From Verrucomicrobiota bacterium (GTDB taxonomy: Bacteria > Verrucomicrobiota > Verrucomicrobiia > Limisphaerales > UBA8199), in assembly GCA_026397855.1 (NCBI GenBank), contig JAPLUA010000264.1, positions 1 through 63,701 on the forward strand: DNA of 63,701 nt, read 5' to 3'. Numbering within the stretch: the stretch's first letter is position 1; every line of letters begins with the position of its first letter. A model generated the notes under the pieces. It saw only the letters and a program-made list of their open reading frames with translations. It was not told the origin of the DNA and made no database searches. Positions 10,267-18,049 of this stretch are shown piece by piece. Both the position numbers and the translations under genes were made by a program.

Positions 10267-10424
10267 GATGCTTATTCTTCAGTTTCTGTAAGTGAATCAA
10301 ACAATCCAAAACGGGATTGGGGCGTTGGGAAACTCAGCGCGTGCGGGATATCGGACCGTGCGGTGGTCAAATCGTCAAGCGCGAAATACTGGGCATGGCG
10401 GAACAGGGCGCAACTCGTGTTATC

Positions 10425-10447
10425 GGAGCGCGGACATTCTTGTCCGC
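10425..10447. repeat. dispersed 23-nt hairpin repeat GGAGCGCGGACATTCTTGTCCGC (copy 1)
   Basis: Same 23-mer, one C/T difference in the loop, recurs at 63677-63699. Stem GCGGACA/TGTCCGC. Confidence 0.8.
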
Positions 10448-10597
10448 GCGGGGCTTCGCCAAACGTTCGGCGCACGAACAGTATCCAAATCCGCTGTAAC
10501 CCGATCGAAGGCCCATGCGTCTAAAGTCCTGAGTCTGGCACGGGAAGTATTGGTTTGTGCGCGCGGCAGTTGTTGCTGCCGTCTGGCGCCGCCTCAT

Positions 10598-11065
10598 TCA
10601 GGGCGTGCGCCCCATGGGCTCGAATTCGCGTTCAGCCTTGATCTGCCCGGCCTCGATGAAAAGCCGGTATTTGACGCCGGGTTCCAGTGGATCGGGGATG
10701 GCGCCTTTAACGCTGGGTCGCATGCCCCGGACGGGCACGCCATAGATCAGCTCCTTGGTCGGCACAGAATTGGAGTCGGAAGTCAGGTGCCAGATCGGCT
10801 GCGGGTATTTGTTGGTTTCAATCTCGTGGACGGCGATCACTTTGATCGAGGTGAGCTTGAGATTTCGGTTCCACCAGAAGAAAACCGGATTAACCGCCTG
10901 CTGGGGGTCCGGGCGTTTGTTGCGGCGCGACAAGAACTGGCGGGCCGGGCGTGAGCGGTGATGTATTTGAATATTCTCCGTGGCGAACCAGTCTTGGTTT
11001 AAGTATAGCGAGATGCAGCCGAGCAACACGGCAAGCGCGACTAGCATCCATTGTTTGCGCGTCAT
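10598..11065 (-). CDS. small membrane-anchored hypothetical protein
   Basis: 155 aa from the ATG at 11065, 'MTRKQWMLVALAVLLGCISLYL...'. The rest of ORF 10598-12019 is antisense to the pilin-like gene and is rejected. Confidence 0.55.
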   Translation of the reverse strand: MTRKQWMLVALAVLLGCISLYLNQDWFATENIQIHHRSRPARQFLSRRNKRPDPQQAVNPVFFWWNRNLKLTSIKVIAVHEIETNKYPQPIWHLTSDSNSVPTKELIYGVPVRGMRPSVKGAIPDPLEPGVKYRLFIEAGQIKAEREFEPMGRTP

Positions 11066-11125
11066 AGGGTGAAGAGCTTGACGCCGCGTAGGCGAGAATA
11101 TTCGAGAGAATAGATAAGAACTGTT

Positions 11126-11890
11126 ATGAATCGTATAGGTTATCGTGGCTTTGGCTGGGTTTGCAGGCGCGCGCCAGCGCGTGTGCCGACAAGCGCCGGG
11201 CCTGTTTGTGCGTTCACGCTGATCGAACTGCTCGTGGTTATTGCCATCATCGCGATCCTGGCCAGCCTGCTCCTGCCGGCCCTGGCGCGTGCCAAAGAGG
11301 CGGCAAACCGCATCAAGTGCGTGAACAACCTCAAGCAATTGGAACTGGCGGTTAAGACCTACGCCGACGATTTTGATGGCCGGTATCCACCTCGCACCAA
11401 TGCCTGGCGCTGGCCCACACAGTTGCTGGAATACTATATCAGCACGAACCTGCTCATTTGCCCCACCGATGCGATGCGCGGCGCTCCCCAGTCCGACACC
11501 AGTTCGCCCACCCCGGCCGACCGCGCCAACCGCAGCTACATGATCAATGGATGGAATGACTACTTCAGCGACGCGCTCACCGAGTCGCGCTCGATGAAAG
11601 AGACTGCGGTTATCTATCCCACGGATACCATCATGTTCGGCGAGAAGAAAGGCCAGCCAAACGCCTCGCCGCAGTATTTCATGGACTTGAACGAGGGGTT
11701 TGGCAATGACGCCGACCAGATTGAGCATGGCTGCCACTCGGTGGTCCGCAAGACACCGAATTCCGGCGGATCCAATTTCGCGTTTGTGGATGGCAGCGCC
11801 CGCTTCATGCGCTACGGCAGCACCGTCAATCCCTTGAACCTTTGGGCGGTGAACGATACCAACCGGGCTTACTTTGCCTGGAAGCCCTAA
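11126..11890 (+). CDS. prepilin-type N-terminal cleavage/methylation domain protein (type II secretion pseudopilin-like)
   Basis: '[25 protein letters not shown]' methylation motif and a C-terminal '[14 protein letters not shown]' box typical of the large PVC pseudopilin-like family. Confidence 0.85.
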   Translation: MNRIGYRGFGWVCRRAPARVPTSAGPVCAFTLIELLVVIAIIAILASLLLPALARAKEAANRIKCVNNLKQLELAVKTYADDFDGRYPPRTNAWRWPTQLLEYYISTNLLICPTDAMRGAPQSDTSSPTPADRANRSYMINGWNDYFSDALTESRSMKETAVIYPTDTIMFGEKKGQPNASPQYFMDLNEGFGNDADQIEHGCHSVVRKTPNSGGSNFAFVDGSARFMRYGSTVNPLNLWAVNDTNRAYFAWKP

Positions 11891-12196
11891 GTCCAGCAGC
11901 ACCGGACCGGAACGTTCCAGTGGTCCTGGATTGGCCTGCCTGGCGACCGCCGTTTGGCGTTCGCCAGCGCAAAGCCCGGATCCATGGCCCGAGCCCGATT
12001 TCCCCTCCCGATTCCCCAAAATTACCCATTGAAGTTTTCAAGGCAGGGATGCTAAAGTGATGCTGTCGGCGTCGACAAAAGCGAACAGAGGCAGCACTCG
12101 GCCGCGAATGCGAGGCTCCATTGAATCGTGCCGCTGAAGGGATCGGGTATAAAGCCCATGATGCCCTGATGAATATTGAATCAGGACCGAATTGCT

Positions 12197-12775
12197 ATGA
12201 GTAAGGCCTTTACAAGTTACCTGCACTTCGTATGTGCGGGGCTGGTAAAACTGCGGCAAACAGGCGCAATCGTCCCCTCGCAGCGTTTCCTGGTTTCAAG
12301 GATGATCGCCCCTGTTCCGGAGGACTACTCGGGAGAGATCATAGAATTGGGAGCGGGCAATGGGGCGCTCACCCTGCGGTTGGCGCAGAGGTGCCGGAAA
12401 GCGCGTGTCCTGGCCTGCGAGATTAACCCGGTCCTGGCCCAGAGCACCCGTCATAACCTGAGCGCAGCCGGCCTCAGTTCCAGGGCCGAGGTGGTTTCAG
12501 ATTCGGCGGAACACATCCTCTCTGAAAGGGCCAGGAGAGGATTGGACAAGGCGGATTACATCGTGTCCGGCATTCCTCTCGGAAACCTTGGTCGGGAGCG
12601 GACCCTTGCGCTAATAGACCAGGTCGTCCGATCGCTCCGGGTGGGCGGCATGTATATCCAGTTCCAGTATTCGCTGGTGGACCGCAAGAAGATCCGGCAG
12701 CGGTTTTCCAGCTTGCACACGGTGCCCGTGTTTCTCAACTTCCCCCCGGCCGTGGTCTATTACGCAAGAAGGTAA
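12197..12775 (+). CDS. class I SAM-dependent methyltransferase
   Basis: Motif I 'IIELGAGNGALTLRLA'. ATG at 12197; the ORF track starts at TTG 12176. Confidence 0.7.
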   Translation: MSKAFTSYLHFVCAGLVKLRQTGAIVPSQRFLVSRMIAPVPEDYSGEIIELGAGNGALTLRLAQRCRKARVLACEINPVLAQSTRHNLSAAGLSSRAEVVSDSAEHILSERARRGLDKADYIVSGIPLGNLGRERTLALIDQVVRSLRVGGMYIQFQYSLVDRKKIRQRFSSLHTVPVFLNFPPAVVYYARR

Positions 12776-13045
12776 CCTGCGGTTTGAATCGGCGCATCTC
12801 TCTTTTCCGGCCAAACCCCGCAAGCCGGCGTTTGCTCCGATCATTGAGGGGGTTCGCTTCCGGGATGCTTGTCAGCAGTTGACAAAAAGGCGCACCAAAC
12901 AGGGTGCGCCCGGATACACACGGTCAGCCGGAATTTAGCAGCCTTCCGGAATTTGGCAAACGTTTTGGGCGAGATCTTTTTGGGCTGAATGGATTCTGCT
13001 ATTTTCTCTTTGTCCTGCGCGCCTCTTTATGGCTATAACATCACC

Positions 13046-14155
13046 ATGCTAAAGGCAGGTATCATTGGGCTTCCAAATGTCGGGAAGTCCACGCTCTTCA
13101 ACGCAGTCACCCGCTCGCACAAGGCTGCGGCGGAGAATTATCCGTTCTGCACCATCGAGCCCAATCTCGGGGTCGTCAGCGTGCCGGACCTGCGATTGGC
13201 GGAGCTTGCCAGGGTCGTTAAGGTTGGCGCCCAGATTCCGACCGCTTTCGAGTTTGTGGATATCGCCGGGCTGGTGAAGGGGGCCTCGAAAGGGGAGGGG
13301 TTGGGCAATAAGTTCCTGAGCCACATCCGCGAGGTGGACGCCCTCATCCAGGTGGTGCGCTGTTTCGAGGATCCGGACATCGTTCATGTGGCCGGGGAGA
13401 CGGACCCGGTGCGGGACATCGGGATCGTGGCCACCGAGCTGGTGCTGGCCGACCTTGAGACTGTGAAGAAGCGGCTGGAGAAGATTTCGCGGGATGTCAA
13501 ACGGGGTGACAAGCATGCCCTGCTGGAGGCGCATCTGCTCGAGAAGATCGGGGCGCACCTGAACGAGGGCAAGCCTGCCAACACGCTTGTTCTCCCTCTT
13601 TCCCCGGAAGAAAGGTTGATGATCCGGGGTTTTTTCCTGCTCACCGACAAGCCCATCATTTTCGTCGCCAACGTGAAGGAGGGCGATCTGGCAGCCGCGG
13701 ACACCCATCCGCAGGTCGTCAAAGTGCGGGAATACGCCCTCGCGCATCATGGCTGCGGGACGGTGGTTGTTAGCGCGCAACTGGAGAGTGACGTGGGGGA
13801 CCTCTCGCCGGAGGAGTCGCAGGGATACCTGAAAGAGCTGGGTGTCGGCGAATCCGGGACCGTTGCGTTGATTCGCAGCACCTACGACCTGCTCGGCCTG
13901 AGGACATTCTTCACCTTTAACGATAAGGAAGTCCGCGCCTGGACCATTCGTGCGGGTGAAACGGCGGTGAAGGCGGCTGGTGTGATTCATACCGACTTTG
14001 AGCGCGGGTTTATTAAGGCCGAGACGGTGAATTGGGAAGTGCTGGTCAAAGAGGGGTCGGTGGGGCACGCGAGAGAGAGCGGACACTACCGGATCGAAGG
14101 GCGGGATTACGTGGTTCGGGATGGGGATGTGCTGCTGTTCAGGTTCAACGTGTGA
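13046..14155 (+). CDS. ychF: redox-regulated ribosome-binding ATPase YchF
   Basis: 'MLKAGIIGLPNVGKSTLFNAVT', 'NYPFCTIEPN', C-terminal TGS-like 'VRDGDVLLFRFNV'. Confidence 0.95.
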   Translation: MLKAGIIGLPNVGKSTLFNAVTRSHKAAAENYPFCTIEPNLGVVSVPDLRLAELARVVKVGAQIPTAFEFVDIAGLVKGASKGEGLGNKFLSHIREVDALIQVVRCFEDPDIVHVAGETDPVRDIGIVATELVLADLETVKKRLEKISRDVKRGDKHALLEAHLLEKIGAHLNEGKPANTLVLPLSPEERLMIRGFFLLTDKPIIFVANVKEGDLAAADTHPQVVKVREYALAHHGCGTVVVSAQLESDVGDLSPEESQGYLKELGVGESGTVALIRSTYDLLGLRTFFTFNDKEVRAWTIRAGETAVKAAGVIHTDFERGFIKAETVNWEVLVKEGSVGHARESGHYRIEGRDYVVRDGDVLLFRFNV

Positions 14156-14221
14156 CGTTGGCGGAAGGAATTCGCTGATTTGGGGCTTCATTTCCAGCGG
14201 AGGTCTGCTAAGGTATGCCTC

Positions 14222-14710
14222 ATGCGTATTGCCGTCTATCCGGGAAGCTTTGATCCCATCACCAACGGGCATCTGGACGTTCTTCAACGGGCGGCGAAGC
14301 TCTTTGATCGGGTGATTGTTGCTGTGGCGGTGAGCGAGAGCAAGCATCCGCTGTTCAACCTGGAGGAGCGCGTGCAGATGGTTGCGCGGGCTGTCCAGCA
14401 CCTGCCGAATGTCGAGGCGGATTCCTTCCAGGGGTTGCTGGTCGAATATGTGGAGCGGCGCTCGGCGCAGGCCGTCGTCCGCGGTTTGCGGGCGGTGTCG
14501 GACTTTGAGTTTGAATTTCAGCTCGCCCTGATGAACCGTAAGATGAATGAGCGGGTAGAGACGATTTTTATGATGCCGAAGGACACCTACACTTTCCTGA
14601 GTTCGCGCATCGTGAAGGAGATGGCGCAACTGGGAGGTGACGTCAGCGCGTTTGTGCCGGCGCACGTGCGGGCGGCCCTGTCGGGCAAATTCAGCCACCC
14701 GCCGGCTTAG
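14222..14710 (+). CDS. coaD: phosphopantetheine adenylyltransferase
   Basis: 'MRIAVYPGSFDPITNGHLDVLQRA'; ATG at 14222. Confidence 0.93.
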   Translation: MRIAVYPGSFDPITNGHLDVLQRAAKLFDRVIVAVAVSESKHPLFNLEERVQMVARAVQHLPNVEADSFQGLLVEYVERRSAQAVVRGLRAVSDFEFEFQLALMNRKMNERVETIFMMPKDTYTFLSSRIVKEMAQLGGDVSAFVPAHVRAALSGKFSHPPA

Positions 14711-14722
14711 CCGGGAGTCTTT

Positions 14723-15211
14723 ATGCCTTTGTTTGTGAACATGCGCCATTTGGAGGCGGGCAACGTCCGCCTGCAAGGCGAATTACCGGCGGATGAGCTG
14801 GACATTGACGCGCGCGATGATGTCGTTCGGGCTAACCAGCCCCTGCACTACGACCTCGATGTGCAGGAGCTTGAGGATGCGCTGTTGCTGCAGGGACACC
14901 TGCGCCTGGTCCTTGATTGCCTGTGTGTGCGCTGTCTTAAGCCATTGAAGTATTCCCTCGACCTGAAGCCGTGGGCATGCCATATTCCGCTGGAGGGCGA
15001 GGATCAGGCCCCGGTGGTCAACGATTGCGTGGACTTGACGCCTTTTGTGCGGGAAGATATTCTGCTCGAGTTTCCGCGGCATCCGTTGTGTAATCCGGAG
15101 TGCCGCGGTTTGCCCGGAGTGTCCGCGGGCAAAGCAAAGCAAACCGGCCGCATTGACAGAACCGAAGCCGGCTCGCCGGCGTGGTCTGAGTTAAACAAAC
15201 TAAAATTATAA
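14723..15211 (+). CDS. yceD: YceD/DUF177-family protein
   Basis: 162 aa, acidic, Cys pairs 'CLCVRC' and 'CNPEC'. Canonical position immediately upstream of rpmF-plsX-fabH. Confidence 0.75.
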   Translation: MPLFVNMRHLEAGNVRLQGELPADELDIDARDDVVRANQPLHYDLDVQELEDALLLQGHLRLVLDCLCVRCLKPLKYSLDLKPWACHIPLEGEDQAPVVNDCVDLTPFVREDILLEFPRHPLCNPECRGLPGVSAGKAKQTGRIDRTEAGSPAWSELNKLKL

Positions 15212-15223
15212 CGCAGTTGATTT

Positions 15224-15412
15224 ATGGGTGTACCGAAGCGAAAGCCATCGAGAAGTCGTCAACGCATGCGCCGCGCGTATAACAGCACGCTGACCCTGCC
15301 ACAACTCAGCACCTGCCCGCAGTGCGCGGCACCCTACGTGCCGCACCGTGTCTGTCCGGCCTGCGGCTTTTATAAAGGGCGCCAGGTCCTCACGGTTACG
15401 GCCGGCGCCTGA
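15224..15412 (+). CDS. rpmF: 50S ribosomal protein L32
   Basis: 'MGVPKRKPSRSRQRMRRA...CPQCAAPYVPHRVCPACG'. Confidence 0.93.
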   Translation: MGVPKRKPSRSRQRMRRAYNSTLTLPQLSTCPQCAAPYVPHRVCPACGFYKGRQVLTVTAGA

Positions 15413-15456
15413 CCGTTGGTGGCGCGTCCCCGAGGATCGTCGGGGTCGGTTCCATT

Positions 15457-16503
15457 ATGCGAATCGCAGTGGATGTCATGGGTGGCGACCACGGCTGTGG
15501 GGTCGTCATCGAAGGCGCCAAGCGGGCTCTTGAGGCTGACCGTAGAATCACCGCGCTCTATCTGGTCGGCAACCGAGCTGAAATCCATGCCGCTCTCCCC
15601 GAGAGAGGGTTCCGGGACCACCGGGTGCGGGTCGTCCACGCCAGCGAGGTCCTCACCATGGAGGACAAGCCAACGGCGGCCCTGCGCAAGAAGAAGGATT
15701 GTTCGATTGCGCGCGCGGTTGAGCTGGTTGATAACGGCAAAGCCGATGCGGTGATTTCCCTCGGCAACACGGGCGGGATTTTTGCCGCAGCCACCTTCAA
15801 GCTGGGCCGCATTCCCGGCGTGGACCGCGGCGGGATCGCATCCGTTATTCCCACCCCGGACCAGGGATTCGTCCTGCTGGATTCGGGGGCGAACATTGAA
15901 TGCAAGCCTCTGCACCTGGCGCACTATGCGATCATGGGCAGCGTTTACGCGCGCGAGGTTCTGGGCTACCCCAACCCGCGGGTCGGCATTCTAAGCATCG
16001 GCACCGAGGAGGGGAAAGGCAACGAGCTGACCATCGAGGCATTCAAGCTCTGCAAGCATCTGGACCTCAATTTCATCGGCAATGTCGAGGGCCATGATCT
16101 GTTCCAGAACCACGTGGATGTGGTCGTTTGCGACGGGTTTGTTGGAAACGTGGTGCTCAAGACGTGCGAGAGCCTGGCGACGGCGCTCTTTTCGATGCTC
16201 CGGCGGGAGCTGACCGCCAACCCGCGTCGCAAGCTTGGAGCCTTGCTGGCCCAGAACGCCTTCCGCGCCATGAAGCGCCGCGTGGATCCCGAAGGCTCGG
16301 GAGGGGCGACATTCCTTGGCTTTAACGGCACCGTGATGAAGGCGCACGGTTCCGCCCGCGAGCGCACCATTGCCAACGCCATCCGTTTTACCACAGAAAG
16401 CATCCAACACCACGTCAACCAGGTCATCGCCGATGAAATCGCGCGGGCCAACGAGCGTTTGCTCGCTGCCGAAAAACTGGTTTCGACGCCTGCCCCCTCA
16501 TGA
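15457..16503 (+). CDS. plsX: phosphate acyltransferase PlsX
   Basis: 'MRIAVDVMGGDHG...', 'SLGNTG', 'DVVVCDGFVGNVVLK'. Confidence 0.93.
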   Translation: MRIAVDVMGGDHGCGVVIEGAKRALEADRRITALYLVGNRAEIHAALPERGFRDHRVRVVHASEVLTMEDKPTAALRKKKDCSIARAVELVDNGKADAVISLGNTGGIFAAATFKLGRIPGVDRGGIASVIPTPDQGFVLLDSGANIECKPLHLAHYAIMGSVYAREVLGYPNPRVGILSIGTEEGKGNELTIEAFKLCKHLDLNFIGNVEGHDLFQNHVDVVVCDGFVGNVVLKTCESLATALFSMLRRELTANPRRKLGALLAQNAFRAMKRRVDPEGSGGATFLGFNGTVMKAHGSARERTIANAIRFTTESIQHHVNQVIADEIARANERLLAAEKLVSTPAPS

Positions 16504-17537
16504 GCCCCACCTCCAGCAAGAAATTCAAGAACCCCAGAGCGAAGTACAACTTCCAGGGCAGGAGCTGCTCCATCAGCGGGGTGGGATCCTATGTCCCGGA
16601 AAGGATCCTCACCAACGCGGACCTCGAGAAGCTGGTTGACACCACCGATGAGTGGATCACCAGCCGCACAGGCATCAAGGAGCGCCGCCAGGCGGCGAAG
16701 GACGAATTCACCTCCGACATGGGGGCGCGCGCAGCGTTGAGCGCGATGCAGAAAGCCGGCGTGACCGCCGAGCAGATTGACCTGATTATCCTGGCGACCA
16801 TCACGCCGGACATGCCGTTTCCATCCACCGCATGCCTTATTCAGCGTAAGATCGGCGCGCACCGCGCCGCCGGGTTTGACCTGGAAGCCGCCTGCTCGGG
16901 CTTCATTTATGGCTTGGAAATCGGCCAGCAGTTCATTATGTCGCGCACTTATGACACCGTGCTGGTCATTGGTGCCGAGAAGCTTTCCTCGATCGTGGAT
17001 TGGAAGGACCGCAACACCTGCGTTCTTTTCGGTGATGGGGCCGGGGCGGCCGTGCTCCAGAACCGGCCGAATTCGCACGGCCTGCTCACCGCTGTCATGG
17101 GGGCTGACGGCCGCAAGGCTGACCTGCTGTTCATGGCTGGGGGCGGCAGCCGCTGCCCGGCGACCGCTGAATCCGTCGCCGCGCGCCAACATTACCTGCG
17201 GATGGAAGGCAAGGAGACCTTTAAGAACGCGGTCCAGGCCATGCAAACCGCGGCGAAGGAGGCATTGCGCCGGTGCGAGCTAGACATCAGCCGCATCAAG
17301 TGCATCATCCCGCACCAGGCTAACCAGCGGATCGTGGATGCGGTCGGCGAGCGTCTGGGCGCGAAGCCTGAGCAACTGTTCGTCAATCTCCACAAGTACG
17401 GCAACACTTCCGCGGCTTCCGTTGCCATAGCTTTGGACGAAGCTGTTACGTCCGGGCGTGTGCAGCGGGGGGACTTGATTCTGATGGTGGTCTTCGGGGC
17501 CGGTCTGACCTGGGGTGCCGCCGTGATCGAATGGTGA
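16500..17537 (+). CDS. fabH: 3-oxoacyl-ACP synthase III
   Basis: 'DTTDEWITSRTGIKERR', 'EAACSGFIYGL', 'HQANQRI', 'GNTSAAS'. ATGA overlap with plsX. Confidence 0.93.
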   Translation: MSPTSSKKFKNPRAKYNFQGRSCSISGVGSYVPERILTNADLEKLVDTTDEWITSRTGIKERRQAAKDEFTSDMGARAALSAMQKAGVTAEQIDLIILATITPDMPFPSTACLIQRKIGAHRAAGFDLEAACSGFIYGLEIGQQFIMSRTYDTVLVIGAEKLSSIVDWKDRNTCVLFGDGAGAAVLQNRPNSHGLLTAVMGADGRKADLLFMAGGGSRCPATAESVAARQHYLRMEGKETFKNAVQAMQTAAKEALRRCELDISRIKCIIPHQANQRIVDAVGERLGAKPEQLFVNLHKYGNTSAASVAIALDEAVTSGRVQRGDLILMVVFGAGLTWGAAVIEW

Positions 17538-17625
17538 GACTCCGCAATCCTCCGCTGAAGATTCTTCGTCATTCGGCATTGATCATTTGACGGCTTTCGG
17601 ACGTGTGTTATTTTAGCCATGTTAT

Positions 17626-17952
17626 ATGAGCGCGAGAAGCATTGAAAATACCGGCCCACTGCAGCATGTCACCGTCGAGGCGCGCCAAACCAGGCTAACC
17701 CTCTCCCCTGGCTCGGTCATCATTCACAAGAATGGCATCGAATTCCGGAGCTCCACGCCCTTTGCCGCGTGGACCGAGATGACGATGACCCTCCAATCCC
17801 CGGTGGATGACGGCCGGATCAATTGCAGCGGTGTGGTTATTTCCTGCACGGGCAACAAGCACGCCGGCTACCAGGTCTCGATGGTTTTCACCAGCGTGTC
17901 CAAATACGCGCAAGCGCGCCTCAACACCATTGCGGAAGCGCGCCTTGGTTAG
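17626..17952 (+). CDS. small PilZ-like domain protein (degenerate c-di-GMP motifs)
   Basis: 108 aa with a beta-barrel-like pattern ending 'GYQVSMVFTSVSKYAQARL'. No clear RxxxR or D/NxSxxG motif. Confidence 0.4.
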   Translation: MSARSIENTGPLQHVTVEARQTRLTLSPGSVIIHKNGIEFRSSTPFAAWTEMTMTLQSPVDDGRINCSGVVISCTGNKHAGYQVSMVFTSVSKYAQARLNTIAEARLG

Positions 17953-18049
17953 CTCTTGCTGCGGAGAGCTACACACTTTTCCGGCGCTGGCAGCCTGCTG
18001 GCCCGGGCGGCGGATATTCCTGTCTGCCTTCGTAAGACCCCCACGTATC

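Noticed and set aside
10536-10555. Sigma-54 promoter (TGGCACG...); a second TGGCAC lies at 41008-41013
   Set aside because: The -12 TTGC element is missing at the required 4-5-nt spacing in both cases.
10598-12019. 473-aa minus-strand ORF taken as one gene
   Set aside because: Only the last 155 codons (from the ATG at 11065) look like a real membrane protein. The remainder is antisense to the pseudopilin-like gene at 11126-11890.
12886-12912. Terminator hairpin GGCGCACC-aaaca-GGGTGCGCC with an A-tract on its 5' side
   Set aside because: The T-run would be on the minus strand, where no gene reads into it. On the plus strand there is no U-tract. Function is unsupported.
13049-14776. 575-aa ORF antisense to ychF and coaD
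   Set aside because: Shadow ORF spanning two well-supported plus-strand genes, with no recognisable domain.
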